Source: a virus
Direction: 5' to 3' (one strand)
DNA: 64,000 nucleotides
IMG/VR virus record: IMGVR_UViG_3300030114_000522
The position numbers were made by a program, and so were the translations under genes. Every line of letters begins with the position of its first letter. The first letter of the stretch is position 1. Shown piece by piece: positions 1-10,845 of the stretch. Below the pieces are notes generated by a model, which was given only the letters and a program-made list of their open reading frames with translations, was not told the origin of the DNA and searched no databases.

Positions 1-213
1 ATCAACCCCATATACATCAAAGAACTTATGTATATCATCTAATATATGAGTCTCATTTGGGTTATCAGTATTTACTGCTACTCGGTTATATTGATTTTCA
101 ATCATAAAATCCATGAAATTTAGTAGTTCCCCGTTCCTATTTAATAAATCATAATCTTTAATTTCCTCATATTCAATAACTCGTCCATTTGTTGAATAAT
201 ATCTCATTTCCAT
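1..213 (-). CDS. Hypothetical protein (runs off the window edge)
   Basis: Open frame MEMRYYSTNGRVIEYEEIKD... with AGGGAGAG RBS and TTGACA-N17-TATTAT promoter (278-306, minus). Confidence 0.7.
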   Translation of the reverse strand, partial: MEMRYYSTNGRVIEYEEIKDYDLLNRNGELLNFMDFMIENQYNRVAVNTDNPNETHILDDIHKFFDVYGVD

Positions 214-277
214 TTCACATCTCTCCCTCATAATTGTTAGGTAAGCTGGATTGTTTTACCTTTACCTTATGAATATA

Positions 278-387
278 ATAATAGTCCTTTAAAAGTATAA
301 TGTCAATACTTTAATTGAATATTTTTTATATATTTTTTACATATTTATATTCCTTCTATTGAATATTTTTTATATATAATGTATAAT
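278..387. promoter_or_regulatory. Divergent sigmaA promoters with a 20-bp direct repeat (candidate operators)
   Basis: Minus TTGACA-N17-TATTAT (306-278); plus TTGAAT-N17-TATAAT (359-387); ATTGAATATTTTTTATATAT at 314-333 and 358-377. Confidence 0.65.
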
Positions 388-407
388 AATCATGAGGTGA
401 TTATGTC

Positions 408-1367
408 ATGGCAAAATTAAAAGTAAATAATTTGTTAGATAAATATAAGCTTAATCAAAAGGATTTATCTATAAGTACTGGAATAAATAAAAATACCGTT
501 AGTAAATATTGTTCAAATACTTTTGAAAAAATAGATAAAGTTCATATTGATATGCTATGTAAATATTTTAAATGTACCCCTAATGATATATTTGAAATAG
601 ATGATACCGTTAAAATTAAACCTGCACAAATAATATATTATGATGATAAAACTGATACTTTCACTTATAGTGAAATTACACCTTTAGCAGAAGTTCAATC
701 ATCTAAAAAACAAATAGTCATAAGGGATGATGTAGATGAAAATACTATATGGACTAATAACTTTAATGAATTTTTAAAATATGCAAAAGAAAAGGGCGTA
801 GATATAACTCCAATAGAAAACTCAGCAAAACTTAAACAAAAAGAATTTCAAAGTTATATTGAAGCAGAAAAAATAAATGAACCTTTATCACAAGAATATC
901 TTACCGATGAACCATATTATACAGAAGAATTCGAAGACCCTATTAAGTCTTTGACTAAAGAAGAGCGTGAGGAATATACAAAAATAGTAAATGGATATCA
1001 AATTAGGTTTGATTCTGAATTAGAAACCGATAAATTAGTTTCAAAATTTATAGATAAACTAATAGAATTTTTTACATCTTCTTTTCAATTAGATACATCT
1101 ATTAAACAAGTTCTTACAAAATATGAAGGTCATGATTATTTTACAACTAATATAAAAGTTGATAAATTCTATCAAATTTTATATCGTTTTTTCACTTACT
1201 ATCCTGACGATAAAGGATTTGTAAAAACCTTAGTCAACATTAGATATATTTATAGCAATGGTGGTCTTGATAAATTATCCGATGAAGAACTAAATGATAT
1301 TCAAAGAACTCTTAACCACTATCTTAAAAATGACTTAAATATAAATACTGATAAAAACAAAGACTAG
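408..1367 (+). CDS. XRE/Cro-C1 family HTH regulator with long C-terminal extension
   Basis: N-terminal LNQKDLSISTGINKNTVSKY...LCKYFKCTPNDIFE is a typical XRE HTH; GAGGTG RBS. Confidence 0.8.
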   Translation: MAKLKVNNLLDKYKLNQKDLSISTGINKNTVSKYCSNTFEKIDKVHIDMLCKYFKCTPNDIFEIDDTVKIKPAQIIYYDDKTDTFTYSEITPLAEVQSSKKQIVIRDDVDENTIWTNNFNEFLKYAKEKGVDITPIENSAKLKQKEFQSYIEAEKINEPLSQEYLTDEPYYTEEFEDPIKSLTKEEREEYTKIVNGYQIRFDSELETDKLVSKFIDKLIEFFTSSFQLDTSIKQVLTKYEGHDYFTTNIKVDKFYQILYRFFTYYPDDKGFVKTLVNIRYIYSNGGLDKLSDEELNDIQRTLNHYLKNDLNINTDKNKD

Positions 1368-1390
1368 ATATTTAATTTATTATCTAGTCT
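1361..1390. terminator. Hairpin terminator between convergent genes
   Basis: AGACTAGATA...TATCTAGTCT inverted repeat. Confidence 0.65.
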
Positions 1391-1430
1391 TACATATTTC
1401 ACTCAGTTTAAATTTCTTATTTCATTAATA

Positions 1431-1874
1431 TTAACTAATATCAAATCCCTTTGATTTCAACATACCTAAAATTTCATTAATCGCTCTACCACTTGCTACA
1501 TATTCTTCTTGTATATTTCCTATAGCATCATATTCAATTCCTCCACGAGAATATCCTTCTCCATTCGCAAATGCTTCGGCAATTTCAGATAGTGTTCTGC
1601 TTTCTCCAACCCAATTTGATTGGCTATGCATCTCATCAGAAATATAAATTTCTATATAATATTCTCCACCTTTATTCTGAACTGGTTTTATAATAGCTGA
1701 ATTTAATAATTCCTGCGTACGGTTGTAAACCGAAGGTGTATAAGAATTGTAAATATTTGTCAATATATATAGCCTTATTGCTTGTTGAATTTTAATTGCT
1801 TCTTGTTCTAGCGATTGAATTACTTGTTTTTCTAAATTTGCATAAAATGCTTCTATTGAATTAAAATCTGCCAT
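1431..1874 (-). CDS. Phage tail-module hypothetical protein
   Basis: 147 aa, GGAG RBS, directly downstream of the tail tube gene. Confidence 0.6.
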   Translation of the reverse strand: MADFNSIEAFYANLEKQVIQSLEQEAIKIQQAIRLYILTNIYNSYTPSVYNRTQELLNSAIIKPVQNKGGEYYIEIYISDEMHSQSNWVGESRTLSEIAEAFANGEGYSRGGIEYDAIGNIQEEYVASGRAINEILGMLKSKGFDIS

Positions 1875-1992
1875 TATATATATTCTCTCCTTATTGGTTT
1901 TATTTTAACTTATTCTCAGTTTAAATACTCAAGAATGGACACCAAGATAGATGTCCATATGTTCAATATTTAATTATTATTTTAATTTGTTA

Positions 1993-3087
1993 TTATGCTA
2001 CAACTATTCCTGTAACAATGTTTGAGTCACCTGCATGGATTCCACCCACAACATTTAATTTAAAGTCATAAGTTCCACTAGCTAAATTTATAATTTGTTT
2101 AGCTACATCTGTAGTGCTAATTGCAGTTGCTATTCTAGTACTTGTTCCTGTAGTTGCTACTGGACAATCTATCCAAACAGTATCAGATGTTAACTTATAT
2201 TTAGCAGTAATACTAGTTGCGTCACTAGAAACTGAGAATGTTAAATCAGCTTTTCCAGCAACAGTACTTGTAGCTGTTAAATTACTAATTGGTGCTAAAA
2301 CTGGGTCAAAAATAGAATCATAATCTTCTATTAACATATAGCCCATATTGTCTTCATCATCTGGTTTAATAATTGTATATTCTAAAGCTGTATTTGAAGC
2401 GTCAACTTCAGATTTTGTTGCCATTGTAAATTTACCTGTTGGTAAAGCTTTAGGAAATACCATTTTTAAAGTTTCTTTCTTCTTTGTTCCAGTATCTAAT
2501 AAGAAAGTTTCGCAAACTAGTCTAACTCCTGATGGATAACTCTCAGCATCAATATTAATTGTTCTAGCATTAGCAGATGTCTTATAATCATAAGATTCTA
2601 CGACTACAACTTCATTTAACTTAACTCCTGCTGTTAATATTGTGATAGTTCTGTTATCTGAGCCAATAGTATAACCTGTTGTCAATGCTAAATCTATTCC
2701 TTTATAAGACAACTTTAAATTAGCAGGTGTTAATGGAACTTTAGGTAATATTATTGTGGCTGTTGCTCCATCTATAGCTATTTTTAATTTATTTCTTGTA
2801 GTATAACCTACATTTTCACCAGTAACTATTGAAGTTCCTAATTGAGTTGCAATATTTTCTATATCCATAACTGGATTTGCAGTTTTTACAGTAACTTTTC
2901 TACCACTTGAAAGTACACATATTACAGGATTTCCTTGTCCTCCTCTAACTTCTTTTGTTGTGACATCAAATTCTAAATCAGCAGTTGTTAAATCTTCTTC
3001 TGTCATAAGATGTAAACCAGTCTCATTATCAAAAACATGGACATTCATTACGTCAGCTAATATTCTTTTTCCAAATTGTATTGCCAT
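1993..3087 (-). CDS. Major tail tube protein with C-terminal Ig/FN3-like domain
   Basis: EVRGGQGNP motif, beta-rich body, C-terminal APISNLTAT...GTYDFKLNVVGG FN3-like pattern; position in the tail module. Confidence 0.7.
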   Translation of the reverse strand: MAIQFGKRILADVMNVHVFDNETGLHLMTEEDLTTADLEFDVTTKEVRGGQGNPVICVLSSGRKVTVKTANPVMDIENIATQLGTSIVTGENVGYTTRNKLKIAIDGATATIILPKVPLTPANLKLSYKGIDLALTTGYTIGSDNRTITILTAGVKLNEVVVVESYDYKTSANARTINIDAESYPSGVRLVCETFLLDTGTKKKETLKMVFPKALPTGKFTMATKSEVDASNTALEYTIIKPDDEDNMGYMLIEDYDSIFDPVLAPISNLTATSTVAGKADLTFSVSSDATSITAKYKLTSDTVWIDCPVATTGTSTRIATAISTTDVAKQIINLASGTYDFKLNVVGGIHAGDSNIVTGIVVA

Positions 3088-3132
3088 AATTTATATCATT
3101 CCTTTCTTTTTTAATTAATTTTATATATAACA

Positions 3133-3163
3133 AAAAAGCTACTTAAATTAATAAGTGGCTTTT
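3133..3163 (-). terminator. Intrinsic terminator
   Basis: AAAAGCTACTTA...TAAGTGGCTTTT hairpin with U-tract on minus. Confidence 0.6.
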
Positions 3164-3167
3164 AAAA

Positions 3168-4007
3168 TTATTCTAATGCTTGCATATTTTTTATTATTGT
3201 ATCATCTGCATCTTTCCACAAACTATCTTCTGGATTCTTATATAATTCTGGGAATATTGAATCAGTATAATTGATTTTAGGTAATGATTTAGCACCTTTT
3301 TCATCGCATACTTTTCTCCAAGCATTAACATCTTCTACTGCTCTATTTTTAATAATCCTATGATAATCTGATTCTAATTGTAATAAATTATAGTTATCTC
3401 TTATGTAATCATAATTTATTTGCTTATCACAACTTACTATATTTATTTTTTCCCATTCACCAAAGTTCTTATTTTGTTTTGCTCTTGCTTTCTTTGCTTT
3501 CTCAGCCCAAAAAGCCACATCATCATCTTCATATATAGTAGGTTCAAACATTAAATTTTGTTTTAAAATTATATGTCTAATCTTGTTAAAATTCCAATCA
3601 GTTATAATAGGTATTCCATTTTCATTTACAAAAAGATATCTTTGTTCTTCTTGATTAAAAGCTACTTGTAAAACTTGTCCTCTTGTTATTATGCTAAATA
3701 ATTTAATAAAATCCTTACTTGCTAAATCAAAAAACTTATCAATTGCTTCTTTTCCATCAGGATATTTATTATTATTAAGTGAACCCATATGATTAGTTAA
3801 TGCGGTTAGCAATATTGACTGCTCATCTTCATCTACTTTATAATGTTCTGCTGATAATACTATAAAATTTGCGTATTTATAAAACTCTTTTCTATCTTTA
3901 ATTTTAATAGGATATAATAACAAATTATCTTCAAAAACACAAGGTTTATCTAATAATATATCATCAATATCATAATCTTTATAAATATTCACGACTATCA
4001 ACTCCAT
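3168..4007 (-). CDS. Phage morphogenesis protein (unknown function)
   Basis: 279 aa, overlaps the upstream gene in the structural operon. Confidence 0.6.
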   Translation of the reverse strand: MELIVVNIYKDYDIDDILLDKPCVFEDNLLLYPIKIKDRKEFYKYANFIVLSAEHYKVDEDEQSILLTALTNHMGSLNNNKYPDGKEAIDKFFDLASKDFIKLFSIITRGQVLQVAFNQEEQRYLFVNENGIPIITDWNFNKIRHIILKQNLMFEPTIYEDDDVAFWAEKAKKARAKQNKNFGEWEKINIVSCDKQINYDYIRDNYNLLQLESDYHRIIKNRAVEDVNAWRKVCDEKGAKSLPKINYTDSIFPELYKNPEDSLWKDADDTIIKNMQALE

Positions 4008-4572
4008 AATGTTTTTTTAAATAATTAACATTGTCCAATAAATCACTTGCTAATGACCTACTGGTATATAGTAGCAAGTTTCCAACATTTTCCTCATTTA
4101 ATGCAATATCTGTATATGATTTTCTACTTACATTTCCTACATCAGTGATTCTAGCAAATTTTAATTCATTATCAATAAGATTAGCTATGCTAGAACTTCT
4201 ATCTCTTCCATTTGCTAATTCTTGAATATTAGTACCTTTACATAAAATACGTATAGAAATAAATACGTCGTCTAATAAATCACTATTTCCAACTTTAGCA
4301 CTAGTAAAAGTAACTAAAACTACTGGTATTTCAGATGATATTACTTGGTCATATTTTCTTCTAAATAAAAATACACCATGTAAATTATCTATATCATCTT
4401 TATCTTGTATTTTATCACCATCAAAGATACTATATGGATTCTCAGGCATATCTTTTTCTAAAGGCGATGAGTAAGGGTAGTAAATTAGCTTAAATAGATT
4501 TTCATTAGAAATTATAAATTTTTTTATAAATGATTTAAAGACTTGAAAATTATCTAATTCTGCATTATCCAT
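3979..4572 (-). CDS. Putative tail completion/terminator protein
   Basis: 197 aa; assignment rests on position between head-tail genes and tail tube. Confidence 0.5.
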   Translation of the reverse strand: MDNAELDNFQVFKSFIKKFIISNENLFKLIYYPYSSPLEKDMPENPYSIFDGDKIQDKDDIDNLHGVFLFRRKYDQVISSEIPVVLVTFTSAKVGNSDLLDDVFISIRILCKGTNIQELANGRDRSSSIANLIDNELKFARITDVGNVSRKSYTDIALNEENVGNLLLYTSRSLASDLLDNVNYLKKHYGVDSREYL

Positions 4573-4575
4573 ACC

Positions 4576-6057
4576 CTAAACACCTCCTAATAATTTAATA
4601 TCTTGTGATAAAATTACTCTTTTATTTACATCTAGACTATCCTTAACAGTCAAACTAACACTTGATATAGTTGTAGATTTATTTCTAATTTGAATACTAG
4701 CATCTGATTTAACAGTTATTGCCAATAGTCCTTTATCAATTAATGCTTGTCCATTAGCATCAAATGAATATTCAATCTTTAATGAAGAATCTATAACTCC
4801 ATTAATAGTTTTAGTACAAACTAAGGTACTAGCTGAATTGTAATTTAGATTTAATCCATTACTCCAACTGTTATTATATGAAACCACATTTTGACTTGTT
4901 TTAGCAATTACAGTTAAGTTTAATTCAGAACTAACATTACCAATAGTTGCAGTTATTATAGCATTACCTATTTTTATAGCACTTACAATTCCTTTATCAG
5001 ATACAGTAACAATAGTTTCATCACTACTTGAATATGTAATATTAGGATTAGTAATTATAACTCCATTGTCTTTAACGGTTGTAGAAATTTGATATGTACC
5101 AGTTTCTTGTAATGATTCTGTATTAGAATTTAACATAATACTATAAGCATGTTTGCCATTTGCAATTTCCAATTCTACATCGTCTATTTCTGGATTTATA
5201 TTATCTTCACCTAATAATATAGTTATCAAACCTTTATCTACGGTATAATCAGTTTTAGTAGCTTTCCATGCTTGTCCATTGATTATAAATCTTTGTCCTC
5301 GATATATTTTTTTTGTAGAATTAGTAAATGGAACTTTTACTCTGAGCATATCATCTCCCTCAGTAATTCCTGCAACTTCTGATTTGAGTCCTAGTGTAAA
5401 TCTTGGGTTATTAACTACTACACTTAGCATGGAATAAAGTTCTCCATCAACTATGTATTTTAATATATGATTACATTCAGTAGAATCTGCAAAGGGCAAA
5501 TCTGTAAAATTCTGTACATCTGTAACAAGATAAGTTTTATCGCAATAACCATAATAAATATAATCTCCACGTTCAACAGTAATTACTTTAGGTGAATAAT
5601 ATATTTTCTTTTCTTTAACTATTGCATCATTATCAATTACTTTTGTGTCTATTGAAATATCATTGATACCATATCTTTTCAAAACTCCTGAATAAAATAA
5701 TGGACTTATCTTAAATTTATCATGACTTGGTATAGCTAAATATTCTTTATCTTCAACTACCCAGTATTGAGTTAAATCTTTTGCAAATTCTAGTGAAATA
5801 ATAGAAAGTAATTCAATATTAGAATTAGGCAATGTAGTTATCCACTTTTCATCACCATTTTTGTCGTTATTATTTGAAACGTCCAATAAAACGCATTCTC
5901 CATTAATATTATTATTGTATTTATCTTTATATTTTGTTTTGTTCAATGCATTATCAAAATATAATTGATAATCACTTAAATATTGACCATAAATATCATC
6001 TGTACTATTTGTGCTTGAACTTAAATTCCTTTTTCTTAATTTATTTATACTAGTCAT
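4576..6057 (-). CDS. Virion head-closure-like protein with Ig-like (Big_2) domain
   Basis: ITYSSSDETIVTVSDKGIVSAIKIGNAIITAT is a Big_2 signature. Confidence 0.7.
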   Translation of the reverse strand: MTSINKLRKRNLSSSTNSTDDIYGQYLSDYQLYFDNALNKTKYKDKYNNNINGECVLLDVSNNNDKNGDEKWITTLPNSNIELLSIISLEFAKDLTQYWVVEDKEYLAIPSHDKFKISPLFYSGVLKRYGINDISIDTKVIDNDAIVKEKKIYYSPKVITVERGDYIYYGYCDKTYLVTDVQNFTDLPFADSTECNHILKYIVDGELYSMLSVVVNNPRFTLGLKSEVAGITEGDDMLRVKVPFTNSTKKIYRGQRFIINGQAWKATKTDYTVDKGLITILLGEDNINPEIDDVELEIANGKHAYSIMLNSNTESLQETGTYQISTTVKDNGVIITNPNITYSSSDETIVTVSDKGIVSAIKIGNAIITATIGNVSSELNLTVIAKTSQNVVSYNNSWSNGLNLNYNSASTLVCTKTINGVIDSSLKIEYSFDANGQALIDKGLLAITVKSDASIQIRNKSTTISSVSLTVKDSLDVNKRVILSQDIKLLGGV

Positions 6058-6068
6058 AATCGCACCTA

Positions 6069-6722
6069 CTACATAAAATCTTCAACAGTAGATGTTTGAT
6101 TATTATAAGCTATAATATAATTTGTTAAATCATTTTTAACACTTGTTTTAAGTGCTAATAAATCATTGCCTAAATTTCCACGTACCACTTTATAATCTTT
6201 ATCCCCTAGTTGTTTAATTAATTTGTCTTCTTCTTGAATTTTTCCACACAAATGATGATAATATGATGCTGATGCTATTATGTATTTTTCTCTATGATTT
6301 AAATTTTCCTTAAATTCACCTTCAAACACAAATAGTACTACAACTTTATCATTAGCTTTGAAATTATAATTTACTATACCAGTATTTATTAAATCTTCTA
6401 CTGTATATTTAAAATCATTTATCTCTATATCATTTACATATAATATAATTTCATGTTTTACTATATCTAACATATTAGATAAATCAATTATTAAACTATT
6501 TCTATCTTTGCTAATTATAAAATCAACTTCTGTTTGTGTATAAGGTATATTATCTTCTAAATTTTTTCTGCATGAGGCAAAGTCTACTGTTGCTCCAGTT
6601 AATATCATATCACTTATCATATCTAATGCTATATCAGTATCTATTTTCCCTGATTTATATAAATCTGATTGCCTCATTTCCAATTGCATAAGTTTTGATA
6701 TTTCTGAAAAAGGTGTTGCCAT
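6069..6722 (-). CDS. Putative head-tail adaptor protein
   Basis: MATPFSEI start, position after the capsid genes. Confidence 0.5.
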   Translation of the reverse strand: MATPFSEISKLMQLEMRQSDLYKSGKIDTDIALDMISDMILTGATVDFASCRKNLEDNIPYTQTEVDFIISKDRNSLIIDLSNMLDIVKHEIILYVNDIEINDFKYTVEDLINTGIVNYNFKANDKVVVLFVFEGEFKENLNHREKYIIASASYYHHLCGKIQEEDKLIKQLGDKDYKVVRGNLGNDLLALKTSVKNDLTNYIIAYNNQTSTVEDFM

Positions 6723-6739
6723 TTTAAATCACCTTCCTT

Positions 6740-7441
6740 TTAATTAAATAATTTATAATTTTCAATTGCTTCTTTAAACATGTCTTGATTATTTGTAAGA
6801 GTTTCTAGGTATGTCATTTTAGCATAATCAGTAAACTCATTTTTTTTTGCTAATTCTATAGCCCTATCTAGTATTAAACTTTTGTATGCTTTATTTGATT
6901 CTTTTATTAGTGCCTCAAATGTATCATATTTGACTTCTTTTAACATAAAATCTATATTGCCATCTATTAACATTTCTTCACTATATAATTTTTCAATTTT
7001 TAATATTTTAAGAATATCTTCTAAAGTATACTCATCTGAATTTACGTCTATTGGAATTAAAATATAGTCTTCTAACATTCCTATATGCAATGATTTCATA
7101 GCCTTTAATTCTTTATAAGTCATATATTCAACATCTCCATAAACCATTTCATAATGTTGCATGGTTTTAGGACAATCATATGTTACAGTTGTATTTCCTG
7201 CATTACAATACATTAATATAGGTAAGTCATCTTTTATATTTCTTAACATTTCCATTTCTCTTTTTCTTTGTTGACTTCTTTGTTCTAATTCACTTAATTG
7301 TTCTGCTTTAAGTTTTTCTTCTTTTTCTGCCATTATTTCAGTCAAATCTCTTTTAGGTTTTGCATTTATAGTTTTAGTTTTAGTAGTAGTTTTTATTTCC
7401 TTTTCATCTATATTATCATTTTTAATATTTTTTGTTGTCAT
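6740..7441 (-). CDS. Phage structural-operon hypothetical protein
   Basis: 233 aa, AAGGAG RBS, after the capsid gene and hairpin 7476-7500. Confidence 0.6.
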   Translation of the reverse strand: MTTKNIKNDNIDEKEIKTTTKTKTINAKPKRDLTEIMAEKEEKLKAEQLSELEQRSQQRKREMEMLRNIKDDLPILMYCNAGNTTVTYDCPKTMQHYEMVYGDVEYMTYKELKAMKSLHIGMLEDYILIPIDVNSDEYTLEDILKILKIEKLYSEEMLIDGNIDFMLKEVKYDTFEALIKESNKAYKSLILDRAIELAKKNEFTDYAKMTYLETLTNNQDMFKEAIENYKLFN

Positions 7442-7509
7442 ATTATTTCTCTCCTTTTAATTTGTTTAATTTATAATGAGAAGAGATTAACCCTTCTCAT
7501 TGTGTGATA

Positions 7510-8511
7510 TTATTGAAGTTTGTAAATACCAAAGTATCCAGAAATTAAGCAAACAACTCCTAATCTTTGTGTGAATAAGAATTCAATTTGTCTATCATTT
7601 CTATCACCAATATCTTGTGAATCACTTACTATAGGTGTTCCTTCATAAACTACATTGATTATTTCCATACCAGCAGGTAAGATAAACAATTCATTTCCAA
7701 ATGTAAGATTATCTGTACCTGGGTCTAATAATGTAGGTACTTCTACCATTGGAGTTCCTTTGTAGTTTTGGAAGTATCCCATTGAAGCATAATCTTCTCT
7801 TTGTTTCTCTGATGTATGTACAACAGTTGTTATAGAAGTTGTACCAGTAGAAAGCTTTCCTAGAGTTTCTTTAGTACCATATAAAGCACATTTTAAACCA
7901 GTTTTTGCTTCAACTCTAGCAATCATTCTATCTAAAGTTGTTTCATTCATTACACCTGTAACATTATAGTTAGCATTTGTAGCTGAATAAGAACCTAGTA
8001 ATGCGTTATAAATTTTTCTAGCAGTATCATTAGCAATTGAACGTCTAACTCTATCTATAAGAGTAGCCCAATTGATTCTACCAGCAATAAATCTATCAAA
8101 ATCATCATATAACTTAACAGCTATATTTCCACATTCAACTGTAATTTGTTTATTGAATATTCTTTGTCTTCTAATATCTGAGTTACCACTTGCAACAGTT
8201 GCTACTCTAAATAAGTTTTGGTCTTCAACAGTTATAATCTTTTTATCACCATATGGAATTGTTTCTGTTTTAACAACACCCTTAAACATTTCTCCCATGA
8301 TTTCTTGAGCTGGTAAAGTTAAAACTTCTGAAATTATTTGATAAAAATCCCATTTGTTTTTATTGAAATTATAGAAATTCCATTCTCCACCGATTGAACC
8401 AATCAAAGCAGTCTTTAAAGCATCCTCCCCTGAAACATTATTGTATATAACTGGTGCACCTAAATAAACGTCTTTTGATAATTTCATTAATTGTGTAATT
8501 GTATTAGCCAT
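7510..8511 (-). CDS. Major capsid protein (start probably MANTIT at 8511)
   Basis: About 333 aa, position after portal-protease-decoration, GAGG RBS just before ATG 8511, followed by a hairpin. Confidence 0.75.
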   Translation of the reverse strand: MANTITQLMKLSKDVYLGAPVIYNNVSGEDALKTALIGSIGGEWNFYNFNKNKWDFYQIISEVLTLPAQEIMGEMFKGVVKTETIPYGDKKIITVEDQNLFRVATVASGNSDIRRQRIFNKQITVECGNIAVKLYDDFDRFIAGRINWATLIDRVRRSIANDTARKIYNALLGSYSATNANYNVTGVMNETTLDRMIARVEAKTGLKCALYGTKETLGKLSTGTTSITTVVHTSEKQREDYASMGYFQNYKGTPMVEVPTLLDPGTDNLTFGNELFILPAGMEIINVVYEGTPIVSDSQDIGDRNDRQIEFLFTQRLGVVCLISGYFGIYKLQ

Positions 8512-8579
8512 TTTTAATTTCCTCGCTTTCATATTTTAATTTATTTTTTAGTTTTGTTTAATAATTTGTTTAGTTAAAA

Positions 8580-9044
8580 CTAAACTACTTTTAATACTAA
8601 TGCGTCTTGACCATAAAGAGTTTCTACAGCTCTAACTTCAAAGCATAAACTTCCTGATGCAGTAGCATTGATTTTTCCTAAGTATGAACCTACTACTGGA
8701 ATTACAAATTTTCCTACCATATCAGCAGAAACATTTGTAGCACTTGTGATACCATCAATAGTAGCTGTTATTGTAGAATCTTTTGGTAAATGATAACCTC
8801 TTATAATGTCTCCTGTTTTAAAAGTCATTGTAGTTTCATCTTCTGTTCCTGTTCTATTCATGAATTCTTCTACTAACATAACTATTGAACTAGTTACATC
8901 GGCAATTTTCACTCCATTTACAGTATTGTAAGCAGTTCCTGTTGTTCCTACTGATATTAAAGCACCGTTTGGTACTCCTGCTTCTGGTATTACTACACTT
9001 TCTAAATATGCGTTTTTTGATACTTTGTCTAATTGAATTAACAT
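8580..9044 (-). CDS. Capsid decoration/cement-like protein (start probably MLIQLD at 9044)
   Basis: Small beta-rich protein between scaffold and capsid genes; same leader as the capsid gene. Confidence 0.6.
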   Translation of the reverse strand: MLIQLDKVSKNAYLESVVIPEAGVPNGALISVGTTGTAYNTVNGVKIADVTSSIVMLVEEFMNRTGTEDETTMTFKTGDIIRGYHLPKDSTITATIDGITSATNVSADMVGKFVIPVVGSYLGKINATASGSLCFEVRAVETLYGQDALVLKVV

Positions 9045-9140
9045 AATTAATTTCCTCGCTTTCATATTTTAATTTATTTTTTAGTTTTAATATAAAAAGC
9101 CCAAATATAAATATTTAGACTTAGTTTTTAATTTAATTTA

Positions 9141-10826
9141 TTAATTAGGTGAAAATAAATTCTCGCATCCTTCATAAGGACATTTATCTTGTTCTTGTAA
9201 TGACACGGTATAATTAGTAGCTACTTCTACTTTTTCTTTAGATACTTCACCTGTGATTTTACTAAAGTTCATTTTTCCTAACTCAGCAAATAACTTGTCT
9301 TCTAATTGTTCTTTTGAAATTTCCTTAGAATAAGCCTTTTGTTTGTATTTTTCTAAGTCTAGTTCATTTATCTTAGAGAATCTAGCAATTACTCCATCTA
9401 TCTCTGTTTTTCTTTCATTATCTTTTATATCTAATTGGAACTTCAATAATTCTGCATTCGCAATACTATATTCTTGTATTTTAATTTGTGCTTCTTCTAA
9501 ATCTTTTTGTAATTTAGAATATGTAACACTTTCAATAGCATCTTTAGTTGCTTGGTCTACAAATACATTAAATATTTCTTCTCTTTCACCTGTAAAAGCA
9601 ATAGATGTATCATTTTTAACATAAGATTGTTTATAGAATTGACCACTACAATAATCTGCATATACAAAATAACTATCCTTTGTTTCTATAATTCCATAAC
9701 AAGTATTTTCAATATTTTCCATATCGTATAATTTGTCATAGATTTGACTTCTAATATCTTCAAATGATAAAGAGAAGGTTAATGTATATTGTTTCTTACC
9801 ATCTTCCTTAGACATATTTTTCGTGTCTTCTTTATCACCACAAGACATTTCTTCTTTAGATTTATCTTTAGCATAATCCTCATTTTCAGTATCTTCATCA
9901 ACCCCATTATCTATAGCGTCCTCTATTTCATCTAATACCTCAACGACATCTTCTATTGCTTGTACAACTTCTGAATCATCATCTTGATTGGTTACATCAA
10001 ATTCTTTAGCTTTAGAGTCAGATGCTATTTTAGAATTGTCTTTAGATACTTCTTTTGCAAAGTTTTCAGCAACTTGTGCTTCTACTTCAACGTTAGATTG
10101 TTCAATTGTTTCTTTTTTAGCCATTATTTCTATATCCTCCTTTTTGCTGAAATATTTAGTAAATTCATTTAATTTATTTTCTATTTCTTCTGCTACTGAT
10201 TTTGTATTTGTTGAAAAATTCATAGTTATATTTGAGTCGATTATTGCTGGTTGTATTCCTTTTCCAAGAATGCAACTACCTGCAAATCGAAATTTATCAA
10301 ATACAAAACCATCACTTTCAAAATGTCCTTCATAATTTTCATCAAGTTCCATGGATTGAGATTTATTTTCAGATTCTTTATTAAATATATCTAATACATA
10401 ATCAAATTTATTAAAAAGCAATCCTTTTACAAAAAGATATGTACGAACTATACCATCGGAGCATAATTCTTCTTTAAAATAAGCTTCATTAGCGAACGAT
10501 TCTGGAATTACTCCATAACAATTACCTAAGTATCTCATTACCTTTTTCCCATTTTGGTCAACTAAACCTATTCTATGGTCTGAAAAATCTTCTTCATCTT
10601 CTTTGTTATCTTCTATAAATCCAAGAATAGGAATATTGGCTAGAGATGGAATTGCTTCTTGTACAACTTCTTGTTTAAATATACTTCCATTATAATTTTT
10701 ACCAATACTTAATATCTTAATTAAAACTTCTGTAAATCTAGTGTCGGCAGAAATATCATTATATTCTTTTATTTTATTAAAAGTAACTTGTAAATTTTTT
10801 AATTGTTTATCATTTATTTTTGACAT
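9141..10826 (-). CDS. Prohead protease/scaffold fusion
   Basis: N-terminal NYNGS..LANIPILG..FSDH..SQSME protease-like region; acidic coiled-coil C-terminus. Confidence 0.7.
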   Translation of the reverse strand: MSKINDKQLKNLQVTFNKIKEYNDISADTRFTEVLIKILSIGKNYNGSIFKQEVVQEAIPSLANIPILGFIEDNKEDEEDFSDHRIGLVDQNGKKVMRYLGNCYGVIPESFANEAYFKEELCSDGIVRTYLFVKGLLFNKFDYVLDIFNKESENKSQSMELDENYEGHFESDGFVFDKFRFAGSCILGKGIQPAIIDSNITMNFSTNTKSVAEEIENKLNEFTKYFSKKEDIEIMAKKETIEQSNVEVEAQVAENFAKEVSKDNSKIASDSKAKEFDVTNQDDDSEVVQAIEDVVEVLDEIEDAIDNGVDEDTENEDYAKDKSKEEMSCGDKEDTKNMSKEDGKKQYTLTFSLSFEDIRSQIYDKLYDMENIENTCYGIIETKDSYFVYADYCSGQFYKQSYVKNDTSIAFTGEREEIFNVFVDQATKDAIESVTYSKLQKDLEEAQIKIQEYSIANAELLKFQLDIKDNERKTEIDGVIARFSKINELDLEKYKQKAYSKEISKEQLEDKLFAELGKMNFSKITGEVSKEKVEVATNYTVSLQEQDKCPYEGCENLFSPN

Positions 10827-10845
10827 TATATTTCACCTCCTTTCA

